Shown: in pieces, positions 8,618 to 16,092 of the stretch
Layout of the letters: every line of letters begins with the position of its first letter
Numbering within the stretch: the first letter of the stretch is position 1
NCBI GenBank assembly: GCA_937941595.1
Contig: CALDHF010000250.1
Coordinates: 6,717 to 30,716, forward strand
DNA: 24,000 bases
DNA from: an uncultured Acaryochloris sp.
Lineage (GTDB): Bacteria > Cyanobacteriota > Cyanobacteriia > Thermosynechococcales > Thermosynechococcaceae
Direction: 5' to 3'
Made by a program: the position numbers and the translations under genes
The notes under the pieces: generated by a model
The model's database searches: none
Told to the model about the DNA's origin: nothing
The model's input: only the letters and a program-made list of their open reading frames with translations

Positions 8618-9370
8618 TTAAGGGGTTTCTGGTAGCTGATCTTTGATTAGAGATTCCTCTTCGGCGTCAGGTGATTCTGGCGGCTCAGATGTTGATGGTT
8701 CTTCTGAATCTTCTGAAGCAGGTGGTGGGGATGGCTCTTCTAGATCTTCTGGTGAGGACAGCTCTTCTGAATCTTCTGAAGTCGGTGACGGGGACGGCTC
8801 AGGTGAAGATGGCTCTTCTAGATCTTCTAAAATAGGTGAAGGGGATGACTCTTCTAGATCCTCTGAAGCAGGTACAGGGGCCTCTTCTGATGAGGGTGGT
8901 TCTGAGGAGGTGGAACGATCGAGAGTCGAAGCATCTGTGAGGGGGCAGTTGTCAAAATTAGCATCGGCATCCGTTACATCTGCTCCTGCTAAAGTTGCCT
9001 CGCAAACGTTGGCACCTTGTAACTTTGTACTGCGCAACACCGCTTGCGTAAAGTCAGTGCCCGTGAGCTTGGCGTTCTCTAAGTTACTGCCATACAGATA
9101 GGCGGCTGTCAGATCAGCATTATCCAGATTGGCATTGTCCAGATTACTTAACAGCAGTGACGTGTTCCGGAGGTTGGCTCCCTGTAAATTGGCATTCCGC
9201 AGGTTGGCATGGATCAGAATCAGTCCACTCAAATCCGCGCCACTTAGGTCACATCCTTCACAAGCATTAACTTGCTTGAGTTGGGAAACATGCTTGGGAT
9301 CTGCAGCTAGAGCTGAGCCACCTAGGGCTGTCCAGAGGGTAAGTGTGATCGCTAAAACACCAAATCTCAT
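8618..9370 (-). CDS. Secreted pentapeptide-repeat protein with acidic Pro/Ser/Glu-rich repeat tail
   Basis: 250 aa. Signal peptide MRFGVLAITLTLWTALGGSALA/ADP. Pentapeptide repeats follow (CDLSGADLSGLILIHANLRNANLQGANLRNTSLLLSNLDNANLDNADLTAAYLYGSNLENAKL...). The C-terminal ~100 aa consist of SEDLEE/SEDSEE/PSPxP repeats. Confidence 0.9.
   Translation of the reverse strand: MRFGVLAITLTLWTALGGSALAADPKHVSQLKQVNACEGCDLSGADLSGLILIHANLRNANLQGANLRNTSLLLSNLDNANLDNADLTAAYLYGSNLENAKLTGTDFTQAVLRSTKLQGANVCEATLAGADVTDADANFDNCPLTDASTLDRSTSSEPPSSEEAPVPASEDLEESSPSPILEDLEEPSSPEPSPSPTSEDSEELSSPEDLEEPSPPPASEDSEEPSTSEPPESPDAEEESLIKDQLPETP
8700..8864. repeat. Imperfect in-frame tandem repeats inside the pentapeptide-repeat gene tail
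   Basis: An exact 19-mer tcttctgaatcttctgaag occurs at 8700-8718 and 8763-8781 (63-nt offset). An exact 20-mer atggctcttctagatcttct occurs at 8731-8750 and 8809-8828, with a degenerate copy atgactcttctagatcctct at 8845-8864. Confidence 0.85.
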
Positions 9371-9440
9371 GCGTTTTTTTTACATCCGTAGCGAAAGCTC
9401 CAAGTCGTACTTTACCAGATTCAGCTAATTCAGATCAGGC

Positions 9441-9770
9441 TTAACGGGCCAATTTGACGGCTGTCCCTGAAGCTGTAATTAGCAATAGCACCCCAGTTTC
9501 ATCAATATTGATGGTGTCGGTACTAATGCGAACTCCCATAACAGCGTTAGCTCCGAGTCGGTCTGCTCGTTTTTCGAGTTCTGCGATCGCATCTTGCTGC
9601 CCCTTTTCAAAGACGCGTTCATAACTGGCGGTGCGGCCACCAATAATATCGCGAATTCCGGCGAAAAAATCACGCAGGGCATTACTGCCATAGACAACTT
9701 CGGCAGTGACAATTCCTAAATAGCTATCAACGACAGCCCCTTGAATGACATCGGTGGTGGCAACTAGCAT
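9441..9770 (-). CDS. YbjQ/UPF0145 family protein (putative heavy-metal-binding domain)
   Basis: 109 aa. TTDVIQG..V..YLGIVTAEVVYGSNALRDFFAGIRDIIGGRTASYE......Q.AI.EL..RA..LGANAVMGVRI is the full-length YbjQ family pattern. Confidence 0.88.
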   Translation of the reverse strand: MLVATTDVIQGAVVDSYLGIVTAEVVYGSNALRDFFAGIRDIIGGRTASYERVFEKGQQDAIAELEKRADRLGANAVMGVRISTDTINIDETGVLLLITASGTAVKLAR

Positions 9771-9955
9771 AAGTTTTTTTGTAAATAATGATCGTTATGC
9801 CTTTAGCATAAGGGTTTCTTTCACGTTCTAAGTGCTGTTTTTGACGGCGAAATAGCGTTCTTAATTACCATAGACCTGTTTTGAGAGACATTCAGATCAG
9901 GAGGGTCAGATTTACTGTCATCATAAGGAGGAGATGTCAGGCAAGTTAGCTGAGG

Positions 9956-10426
9956 ATGACCATATTTTTCTATAAAGTCCAGGATCCTTATGGATGTTTT
10001 TCTAATTTTTCACTCCATAGTATTGACTTACAAGGATATACCTGGCCTACCTCAGAGCATTACTATCAAGCCCAAAAATATCAGGGTACGCCCCATCAAT
10101 CGTTATGTGAAGAAATTCGACAAGCGTCTACACCAGAAGCTGCTGCCGCTATCGGTCGGAATCTTGATTACGCAGTTCAACCCAATTGGGATCAGATCAA
10201 ACCCCAAGTTATGTATAGCGCTGTCTATGCAAAATTCTTAACTCATGCCTCTATTCAGGCTGAATTGTTAGGGACAGGAGATGAGCTGATTGTCGAAAAT
10301 TCGCCAACAGATGCTTATTGGGGGTGTGGAGTGGATGGTAAAGGATATAACCAGCTTGGCAAAATATTGATGCAAGTTCGCCAGGATATTCGGCGCAGTA
10401 TCGAGCCAGGAAAGATGAGTTCTTAA
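9956..10426 (+). CDS. NADAR family protein (YbiA-like N-glycosidase / ADP-ribose-processing domain, DUF1768)
   Basis: 156 aa. FFYKVQDPYGCFSNFS...TWPTSEHYYQAQKY...NW...K..VMY.AVYAKF.....I.A.LL.TG...IVENSPTDAYWGCGVDGKGYNQLGKILMQVR is collinear with E. coli YbiA as I recall it (..YGDFSNFA..TWPTSEHYFQAQKF..DAYWGDGGHGKGKNRLG). Confidence 0.9.
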   Translation: MTIFFYKVQDPYGCFSNFSLHSIDLQGYTWPTSEHYYQAQKYQGTPHQSLCEEIRQASTPEAAAAIGRNLDYAVQPNWDQIKPQVMYSAVYAKFLTHASIQAELLGTGDELIVENSPTDAYWGCGVDGKGYNQLGKILMQVRQDIRRSIEPGKMSS

Positions 10427-11184
10427 ATACTGGCTGACATGGCTTCGGGCATATTGGCAATGCTGGCATCGGGCAGAATAGTTCTAGATAGTTTAGCCAT
10501 TTGCAGGCTTTCCAACTTCAACTGGGCATGGGTGAGATTGGTGCTGCTGAAATTGGCCTGTTCGAGGATGGCATCTGTGAGCAGGGCGTGTTTTAAGCTG
10601 GCTTCACTCAATTCTGCCAAGCTGAGATTGGCATGGCTTAGGTTGGCTCGATCTAAGCAAGCACCGATCAAGCAAACACCACTGAGGTTGGCTCCTTTCA
10701 TGGAGCTATCTCGGCAATTGGCTTCGCTTAAATCTGCAAACATCAAGGTTGAGGAATCCAAATTGACGCCACTGAGATTGGCATCTCGTAAATCAGCATG
10801 ATTGAGGTTTGCTCCCCAGAGGTAAGCGCGTTGTAAATTAGCCCGTTGCAAATTGACTTTGCTGAGGTCGGTTTTGAGAAGATAGGTGCCCCGTAAATAA
10901 GCATCACTTAAGTTAGCTTCCGATAACACACTCCCCTGGAAATTGACGCCCCAAAGATTGGCACCACAGAGCTGTGCGTTTGCTAAATTAGTATCGACAA
11001 TGTAGCTATGCTTAAAGTTGACCCCAAAAAGGTAAGCCCCTTCTAGATTGGTGTGTTTCAACTTTGCTTTGATGAACGTTGCGCCAGATAGGTTCTGCTG
11101 GCTCAAATCGACGTTACTTAGATCAATTTCGCTAAAATTCCGCTCTCCAGCGTCATAGCGTTCTAACAGCTCAGTTTTGTGCAT
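10423..11184 (-). CDS. Pentapeptide-repeat protein, cytosolic (no signal peptide)
   Basis: 253 aa, almost entirely A(D/N)LxX repeats (DLSNVDLSQQNLSGATFIKAKLKHTNLEGAYLFGVNF...ANLQRANLQRAYLWGANLNHADLRDANLSGVNL...). The stop overlaps the NADAR stop by 4 nt. Confidence 0.9.
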   Translation of the reverse strand: MHKTELLERYDAGERNFSEIDLSNVDLSQQNLSGATFIKAKLKHTNLEGAYLFGVNFKHSYIVDTNLANAQLCGANLWGVNFQGSVLSEANLSDAYLRGTYLLKTDLSKVNLQRANLQRAYLWGANLNHADLRDANLSGVNLDSSTLMFADLSEANCRDSSMKGANLSGVCLIGACLDRANLSHANLSLAELSEASLKHALLTDAILEQANFSSTNLTHAQLKLESLQMAKLSRTILPDASIANMPEAMSASI

Positions 11185-11310
11185 GGCGGCTCAACCTATT
11201 CAAATCCTAGGCCCCGATCCTAATCATTGATCTGGGAGGATGAGAAGGGTGGATATACCGATTCTTCGTGGCCTAAAACCTTGGTATATCGTGGATATAC
11301 GGATTGGATG

Positions 11311-13191
11311 CTATTTCTCTTGGTGGCTTTTGCGACTCACGAATAACTCTTGCCAGGTGCCGCCTACACCTTGCAAAATACCCCGGCCAATCAAGCCCAA
11401 TCCCCGACCAATCACTTGCGTCAGGATGTACACGACCCCCCGACCCAGAAAGGTGAAGGTTGCTCGTAGTGGCGGTGCGATCGCATCCCTCGCTTCCAAG
11501 CCCAAGGTCACCAGATACCGAATCCCTTGAAGCTGCTTCAACTCCTGATCACGAGAGGTATAGACCGAAATTTTTTGCAGACCCGACTCACTGAAAATCA
11601 CCAGACCATACTGGCTTTCAAAAATCTCTTTAGGTTCGAGAAACCAACGTCGCAGACGATAGTGGCTAGAGAGGGCGTTGCGAAATCGCTCAATTTCGCG
11701 GGTGGAAATTAAGGTGCGATCATAAAAGCTCTGCTTGATGATTTCATTCGTGGCGAATCGATTGAGGAGGGGTTGAATGACAGCATTTGCCACATTCACC
11801 ACGATATTACTTAGCAAGGCTTCCGCTTGCAGCATGGCTTCTGGTGACCCTACACCACAGAGGGCATTATCCACCAGTAAAGGCGCTTGAAAGAGCAGAT
11901 GCTCTAAGAGGGCCGTCACCAACGGAATCTTGCTGAGGATTTCGGCTTCGACAATGCCTTGGTCTTGGGCGAGAACACTGACAATCTCAATTTCTGGGGA
12001 GCTGGCCTGGGCTGCATTGGAGAGGGGGAGGGTTAGATATTTACCAAAGAAGTCTGCTGTAGAGCCTAGCCACAGGTCTTGGAGGATTTGGGAGGGCTTT
12101 GATACCAGTTGCGATCGCGTCACCTGGGAAAAGCGCAACTCATCCAAAACCCCCTCAAACCGTTTGAGAACAATCAGAAACAGCTCTTGCCTTTTCTGAG
12201 CTTTGAGAATATCAATTTCTAAGGGATCGGGAGTGCGATTGTGCAAACTGTTCGGGAGTTTAGCCAGTAAAGCCTCCATCAGGAGCGTTGAGATATCTGG
12301 TGTGGTAGCCAGTTCGTGCTCCGTCATGACTTCAGTGATGCGAGAGGGCACCGCCGTGAGGGTATCCGTTTCCCAAGGATCAATCTCTCCCCAAGAGCTG
12401 GCGGTTTCTGGTTCGGGCGTCTCTTGAGGAGCGTTTGGCGGCGCGTCTTGCTGCTGATCTAAAAACCGACGTACCATCCAGCGTACGGATTGGAGTTCAC
12501 GGGTACGACCTGCACTCACTGCGCGTTGCCATTGCGTCAGGGGTTGTTGGCGGCGCTCTGCCAGTTGGGATAATGTTTGCTCCAGTTGGCGCAGCCCTGT
12601 GTCCATAAAAGCCTGCCGCAAAAACGTAAACGCAGTCACCTCTCGTGAGGACGGGACCGGACGAGGTGAATCGGGTTGGAGAACCATCTGGACTTGGGCT
12701 TTAGGCGCAGATTCCCAAACCCGCTGCCCCCTGCTAGCCTGACGGCATCGTTGGATCAGATCTGTGGTGGCCACCTGACCTTTACCGCAAAACCCTTCTA
12801 CCCCCACCTGCCATAATTTGGCTAACTCTTCTGGACTGGACTGGTTAGACAGCACGAACAGGGATAAATCGGGGTAACGGGCTTTCAACTGCTGGCAGAG
12901 CATGGCATTGGCATCTGGACTGGCCATACTCCCCACATCCATAACGATCAAATCTAGAGTTTGGGCATTAAACCTGCTAGGCGTTACAGTCTCTGCCGAC
13001 GTATCGGCCGTTTCGGAGTCAGGAGACAAAAGGCTTAACACTTGGGCCGGACTCTCCGCTTCCGCAATCACTTCTAGATCGGGCACCGACTCTAAACAGG
13101 CCTTCAGGCCCAAACGAAAGATCGGATCTGCATCCGCTAACATGAACTGAAGTGGTTGTGCCTGTAGTGATGCTGTTGCCTGCTCAGTCAT
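11311..13191 (-). CDS. Response-regulator receiver domain protein with large DUF3685 (Ycf55-like) C-terminal region
   Basis: 626 aa. The N-terminal FMLADADPIFRLGLKACLESVPDLEVIAEA...LDLIVMDV...LFVLSN...GVEGFCGKG resembles a NarL-class receiver. The remaining ~430 aa have no DNA-binding motif I recognise. The DUF3685/Ycf55 assignment is from memory of this cyanobacterial/plastid architecture. Confidence 0.72.
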   Translation of the reverse strand: MTEQATASLQAQPLQFMLADADPIFRLGLKACLESVPDLEVIAEAESPAQVLSLLSPDSETADTSAETVTPSRFNAQTLDLIVMDVGSMASPDANAMLCQQLKARYPDLSLFVLSNQSSPEELAKLWQVGVEGFCGKGQVATTDLIQRCRQASRGQRVWESAPKAQVQMVLQPDSPRPVPSSREVTAFTFLRQAFMDTGLRQLEQTLSQLAERRQQPLTQWQRAVSAGRTRELQSVRWMVRRFLDQQQDAPPNAPQETPEPETASSWGEIDPWETDTLTAVPSRITEVMTEHELATTPDISTLLMEALLAKLPNSLHNRTPDPLEIDILKAQKRQELFLIVLKRFEGVLDELRFSQVTRSQLVSKPSQILQDLWLGSTADFFGKYLTLPLSNAAQASSPEIEIVSVLAQDQGIVEAEILSKIPLVTALLEHLLFQAPLLVDNALCGVGSPEAMLQAEALLSNIVVNVANAVIQPLLNRFATNEIIKQSFYDRTLISTREIERFRNALSSHYRLRRWFLEPKEIFESQYGLVIFSESGLQKISVYTSRDQELKQLQGIRYLVTLGLEARDAIAPPLRATFTFLGRGVVYILTQVIGRGLGLIGRGILQGVGGTWQELFVSRKSHQEK

Positions 13192-13350
13192 TCCCTTAAT
13201 GGTGATAGTAAATCCAGAGTTGTTGCTCTGGGAATGAACTCAATGAGTCGTTGTTGCTCCAATCAATGCTGTTCAGCAAGAGAAAACGACCATTGTCTAG
13301 CCTCATGTTGAGGATAGTGTACTTTTAGTGAGATCGATCAAAAAACACCC

Positions 13351-14040
13351 GTGGTACCTCTACGCGATAATAACCCTACTCGGATCACTCCATTTGTTAC
13401 TTATGTGATCATTGCCCTAAATGTCGTAATTTTTGTCCATGAATTGAGCTTGGGTAGTGATCTGGATGCATTCTTCCGGTTGTGGGCTGTTGTGCCTCAA
13501 GACTTAACGGCTAGTTTTCAAGGGCAGCCCACCAATCTTCCCCATCCTGCTTGGATTACCCTATTCACATCCCAGTTTTTGCATGGGGGAATATTGCATA
13601 TTGCGGGAAACATGCTATTTCTTTGGGTGTTTGGCAATAATATTGAAGATAAATTAGGGCATGTTAAGTATGTAGTCTTCTATCTCAGTTGTGGTGCCCT
13701 AGCGGCCCTGAGTCAATGGTTTTTCAGTATCAATTCTGACATTCCGTCTCTGGGGGCTAGTGGTGCGATCGCAGGTGTCATGGGAGCTTATATTATCCGC
13801 TTTCCCAAAGCGGAAGTACTCACCCTGATTCCCCTCGGATTTTTCTGGTGGACTGCCAGGTTACCCGCTGTTTTTTTCCTCGGGTTTTGGTTCGCACAGC
13901 AGGCCTTTAATAGTGTTGCTAGCCTCAACGCTCCTATGAATATGGGAGGCGTTGCCTACTGGGCCCATGCAGGTGGCTTTGTATTTGGTGCACTCCTAGG
14001 ACCTTTGATGGGGCTATTTGATGATCAGCCCCGTCGCTGA
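13351..14040 (+). CDS. Rhomboid family intramembrane serine protease
   Basis: 229 aa with a GTG start giving MVPLRDNNPTRITPFVTYVIIALNV. Motifs: FLHGGILHIAGNMLFLWVFG, the catalytic GASGAIAGVMGAY, and a downstream AHAGGFVFG (catalytic His region). Confidence 0.9.
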   Translation: MVPLRDNNPTRITPFVTYVIIALNVVIFVHELSLGSDLDAFFRLWAVVPQDLTASFQGQPTNLPHPAWITLFTSQFLHGGILHIAGNMLFLWVFGNNIEDKLGHVKYVVFYLSCGALAALSQWFFSINSDIPSLGASGAIAGVMGAYIIRFPKAEVLTLIPLGFFWWTARLPAVFFLGFWFAQQAFNSVASLNAPMNMGGVAYWAHAGGFVFGALLGPLMGLFDDQPRR

Positions 14041-14070
14041 TGCTTTTCTATTGTTTCTACACTTGCATTT

Positions 14071-15279
14071 ATGGTGACTTTTGCTCAATCCGTAAAACTG
14101 ATGGGGCTGATTGGTTGTTCCAGCCTGTTGGTGAATTGCACCTTCTTAAAAACCCAAAAAACGGAGGCAGAGGGCTTTCAGTTAGAAACTTTGGCCCTTG
14201 ACTATGACTCTCTAGTGTCTCAACCCGTCACCCCTACTGGCAAAGTTTTTCAGTTCTCCTTTTATGACTACGACCAGAACTGGACAAAGGTCATCAAAAC
14301 TGTCGATGTGGCTCCCATAGAATATCGGGACAACGATCCGCATCTGGTTCTAGACAATCGGGGTCGAGAATATTTGATGTCTTCTGTCCCTGGTGAAGTC
14401 AATGTTGAAGGGAAATCCGTGAGAATAGAGCCACCCTTAAGTTGGTATGGCCAAGGTCCAGCGGTGATCTTCAAACGTCAGCCGGGCACCATGCTTATTC
14501 CGCTATTGCCGAATCAACAATACAGTACGGTCAAAACGAATATTGCTAAAACGGGGGGTAAAGTCCTAGGCATTTTTGGGACAACATTTAAAGGTCTCTC
14601 CCCAAAAAAGGGCACCGTTCCCTTCAGCTATGTTTATTTCAACCCCAATCGTTTGCCACTGAATGCTGGCAAGAGTGATTTCCCAATCTATCGTTCCTCA
14701 GAGGTGCCGGGGCAGTCCGCCCCCAATATTTTGTTGTCTGGGCTGATTACCTACAGTGATGGTCGCTCAGCCTATCTGGACTTCAGTGATTTAAAAGGTA
14801 AAGGCCAAACCCGTAATCAACAGTTAGACGATATTAAAGCCCAGATGCAAAAGCGGATCGAGCAACTCGAAGCTCAACCCGAAGTCGTTCTGGTCACAGT
14901 TGATACCCATGCTGTGATTCGGAAACCAGAAGATATTGAGGCGGTTGTAGAACGGGGGGACTACATCACAGGGGGTCCTTTTTTGCGTCATGAAACTCAG
15001 GCTGTAGCTAGGGGCCTGAGGGTATTTAATGATCAAACCAAATCCTATTTGGGGTCCATGATTACCCCTTCTTTGCTAATGAAGGATTGTTTAGTGGCGG
15101 CCAAACAAAAATTTGGATCTGAGGCCGTCATCCAATTTTTAGATGGAGAAGCTGCTGCCGCTGCCTATTTTGAGAATTATAATCCCACCCAAGATCTAGA
15201 TATGAAAGACCCCCTAGTGCTCAACGCCTTTCGTCTTACGGGGGCAAAAGGGCTGGAGTTGATTGTCAAATATGATTGA
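14071..15279 (+). CDS. Hypothetical protein, probable lipoprotein, no recognisable domain
   Basis: 402-aa ORF with an ATG 30 nt after the rhomboid stop. The N-terminus MVTFAQSVKLMGLIGC carries a lipobox-like LIGC. A short coiled-coil-like stretch reads QLDDIKAQMQKRIEQLEAQ. It is called coding from its length and the absence of competing ORFs. Confidence 0.6.
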   Translation: MVTFAQSVKLMGLIGCSSLLVNCTFLKTQKTEAEGFQLETLALDYDSLVSQPVTPTGKVFQFSFYDYDQNWTKVIKTVDVAPIEYRDNDPHLVLDNRGREYLMSSVPGEVNVEGKSVRIEPPLSWYGQGPAVIFKRQPGTMLIPLLPNQQYSTVKTNIAKTGGKVLGIFGTTFKGLSPKKGTVPFSYVYFNPNRLPLNAGKSDFPIYRSSEVPGQSAPNILLSGLITYSDGRSAYLDFSDLKGKGQTRNQQLDDIKAQMQKRIEQLEAQPEVVLVTVDTHAVIRKPEDIEAVVERGDYITGGPFLRHETQAVARGLRVFNDQTKSYLGSMITPSLLMKDCLVAAKQKFGSEAVIQFLDGEAAAAAYFENYNPTQDLDMKDPLVLNAFRLTGAKGLELIVKYD

Positions 15280-15415
15280 GTCAGAGCCAAACTAACGACG
15301 CAATGCCTCGATTGATTAAAGGAATGTTCTTCAGCCTCAACCCGAATTTATAACGGCGTTTGGGGTATTCAATGTTCTCCAAAGAGAGTCTGGATACCAT
15401 TTGGGGCGAGGCGAT

Positions 15416-15874
15416 CTACTGACTCCTAATCAGGAATATAACGCCTTCAGGCTTCCGTGGGTTAGGCTCACGGACAACTTTGGCCTCTGCTCGCCCTAGA
15501 CAAGGAGGCTGCACTTTTGTGAAGTCCCCATAGCGTCGGGGATGTTCGGCAAAAGCTACAACCTTTTGGGCTTCAACAAAGACTAGGAGTGTAATGCTGT
15601 CGCTGTATTGAATAGAGGTCTGGTTTTCGGCATCCCATTCGACACCTAGAATCCTTGCGGCTGATTCATTATCACTATAGGGTGTGATCACGCAGACTTT
15701 TTGCCAAGACTCTGGCCCCAATACAGCCAAGTCAATGGGCTGATTGGGGGTCGTCTGCAAGTGCTGATTGATGGGAGCACTGATGTCAATTTTCAGTGTT
15801 TTGGACTGATTACAGCCCATGCAGACCCATAGTAGTGCAGGCCAGAACCATAACCCAGAATGGTGCTTCATCAT
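15416..15874 (-). CDS. Hypothetical small lipoprotein/secreted protein
   Basis: 152 aa. The N-terminus MMKHHSGLWFWPALLWVCMGCNQSK has a hydrophobic signal with a Cys-containing lipobox-like end. I recognise no domain. Confidence 0.55.
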   Translation of the reverse strand: MMKHHSGLWFWPALLWVCMGCNQSKTLKIDISAPINQHLQTTPNQPIDLAVLGPESWQKVCVITPYSDNESAARILGVEWDAENQTSIQYSDSITLLVFVEAQKVVAFAEHPRRYGDFTKVQPPCLGRAEAKVVREPNPRKPEGVIFLIRSQ

Positions 15875-16092
15875 TCCATAAACTGTTTACAAATCAGTAT
15901 CTAGTAGTAGCTGCGATTGGAGCCATTTTAGCCTTACTTTGTAGTTAGACTTGATCACGCTTGTCTATGCTGTGTGTGAAGACAGGCCATGGACCATCCG
16001 CAAGAACCCTACCTCGAGTTTTCCCGATTAGATTTGCGGCAGGTCAGCAAAATGTCGCATTCTTGAATTCTGTTTTTTGGGTTGGTTTATCA

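Noticed and set aside
8643-9101. 152-aa Ser/Gly/Asp/Glu-rich ORF on the plus strand
   Set aside because: It is a shadow ORF antisense to the acidic repeat tail of the secreted pentapeptide-repeat gene. It is low complexity with no independent start context.
10439-10801. 120-aa Leu/Ala/Ser/Arg-rich ORF on the plus strand
   Set aside because: It is antisense to the pentapeptide-repeat gene, and the periodic repeat suppresses stops in the opposite frame. The minus-strand product has a clear family signature, whereas this one has none.
9441-11184. YbjQ / NADAR / pentapeptide-repeat trio as a toxin-antitoxin or defence module
   Set aside because: There is no ADP-ribosyltransferase, nuclease, ATPase or other effector-like ORF. 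The three genes are on different strands in divergent and convergent arrangements, which argues against a single operon. I kept only the separate low-interest observations.
11240-13150. Several 61-96-aa plus-strand ORFs (11240-11530, 11527-11712, 11930-12199, 12203-12427, 12902-13150)
   Set aside because: All are nested antisense within the 626-aa receiver-DUF3685 gene. They are short, Arg/Ser-rich and fragmented across frames.
15961-16092. 44-codon TTG-initiated extension of the GrpE-like gene
   Set aside because: The extension has a non-protein-like composition (CVKTGHGPSARTLPRVFPIRF...). An ATG at 16093 precedes the HTH at a sensible distance.
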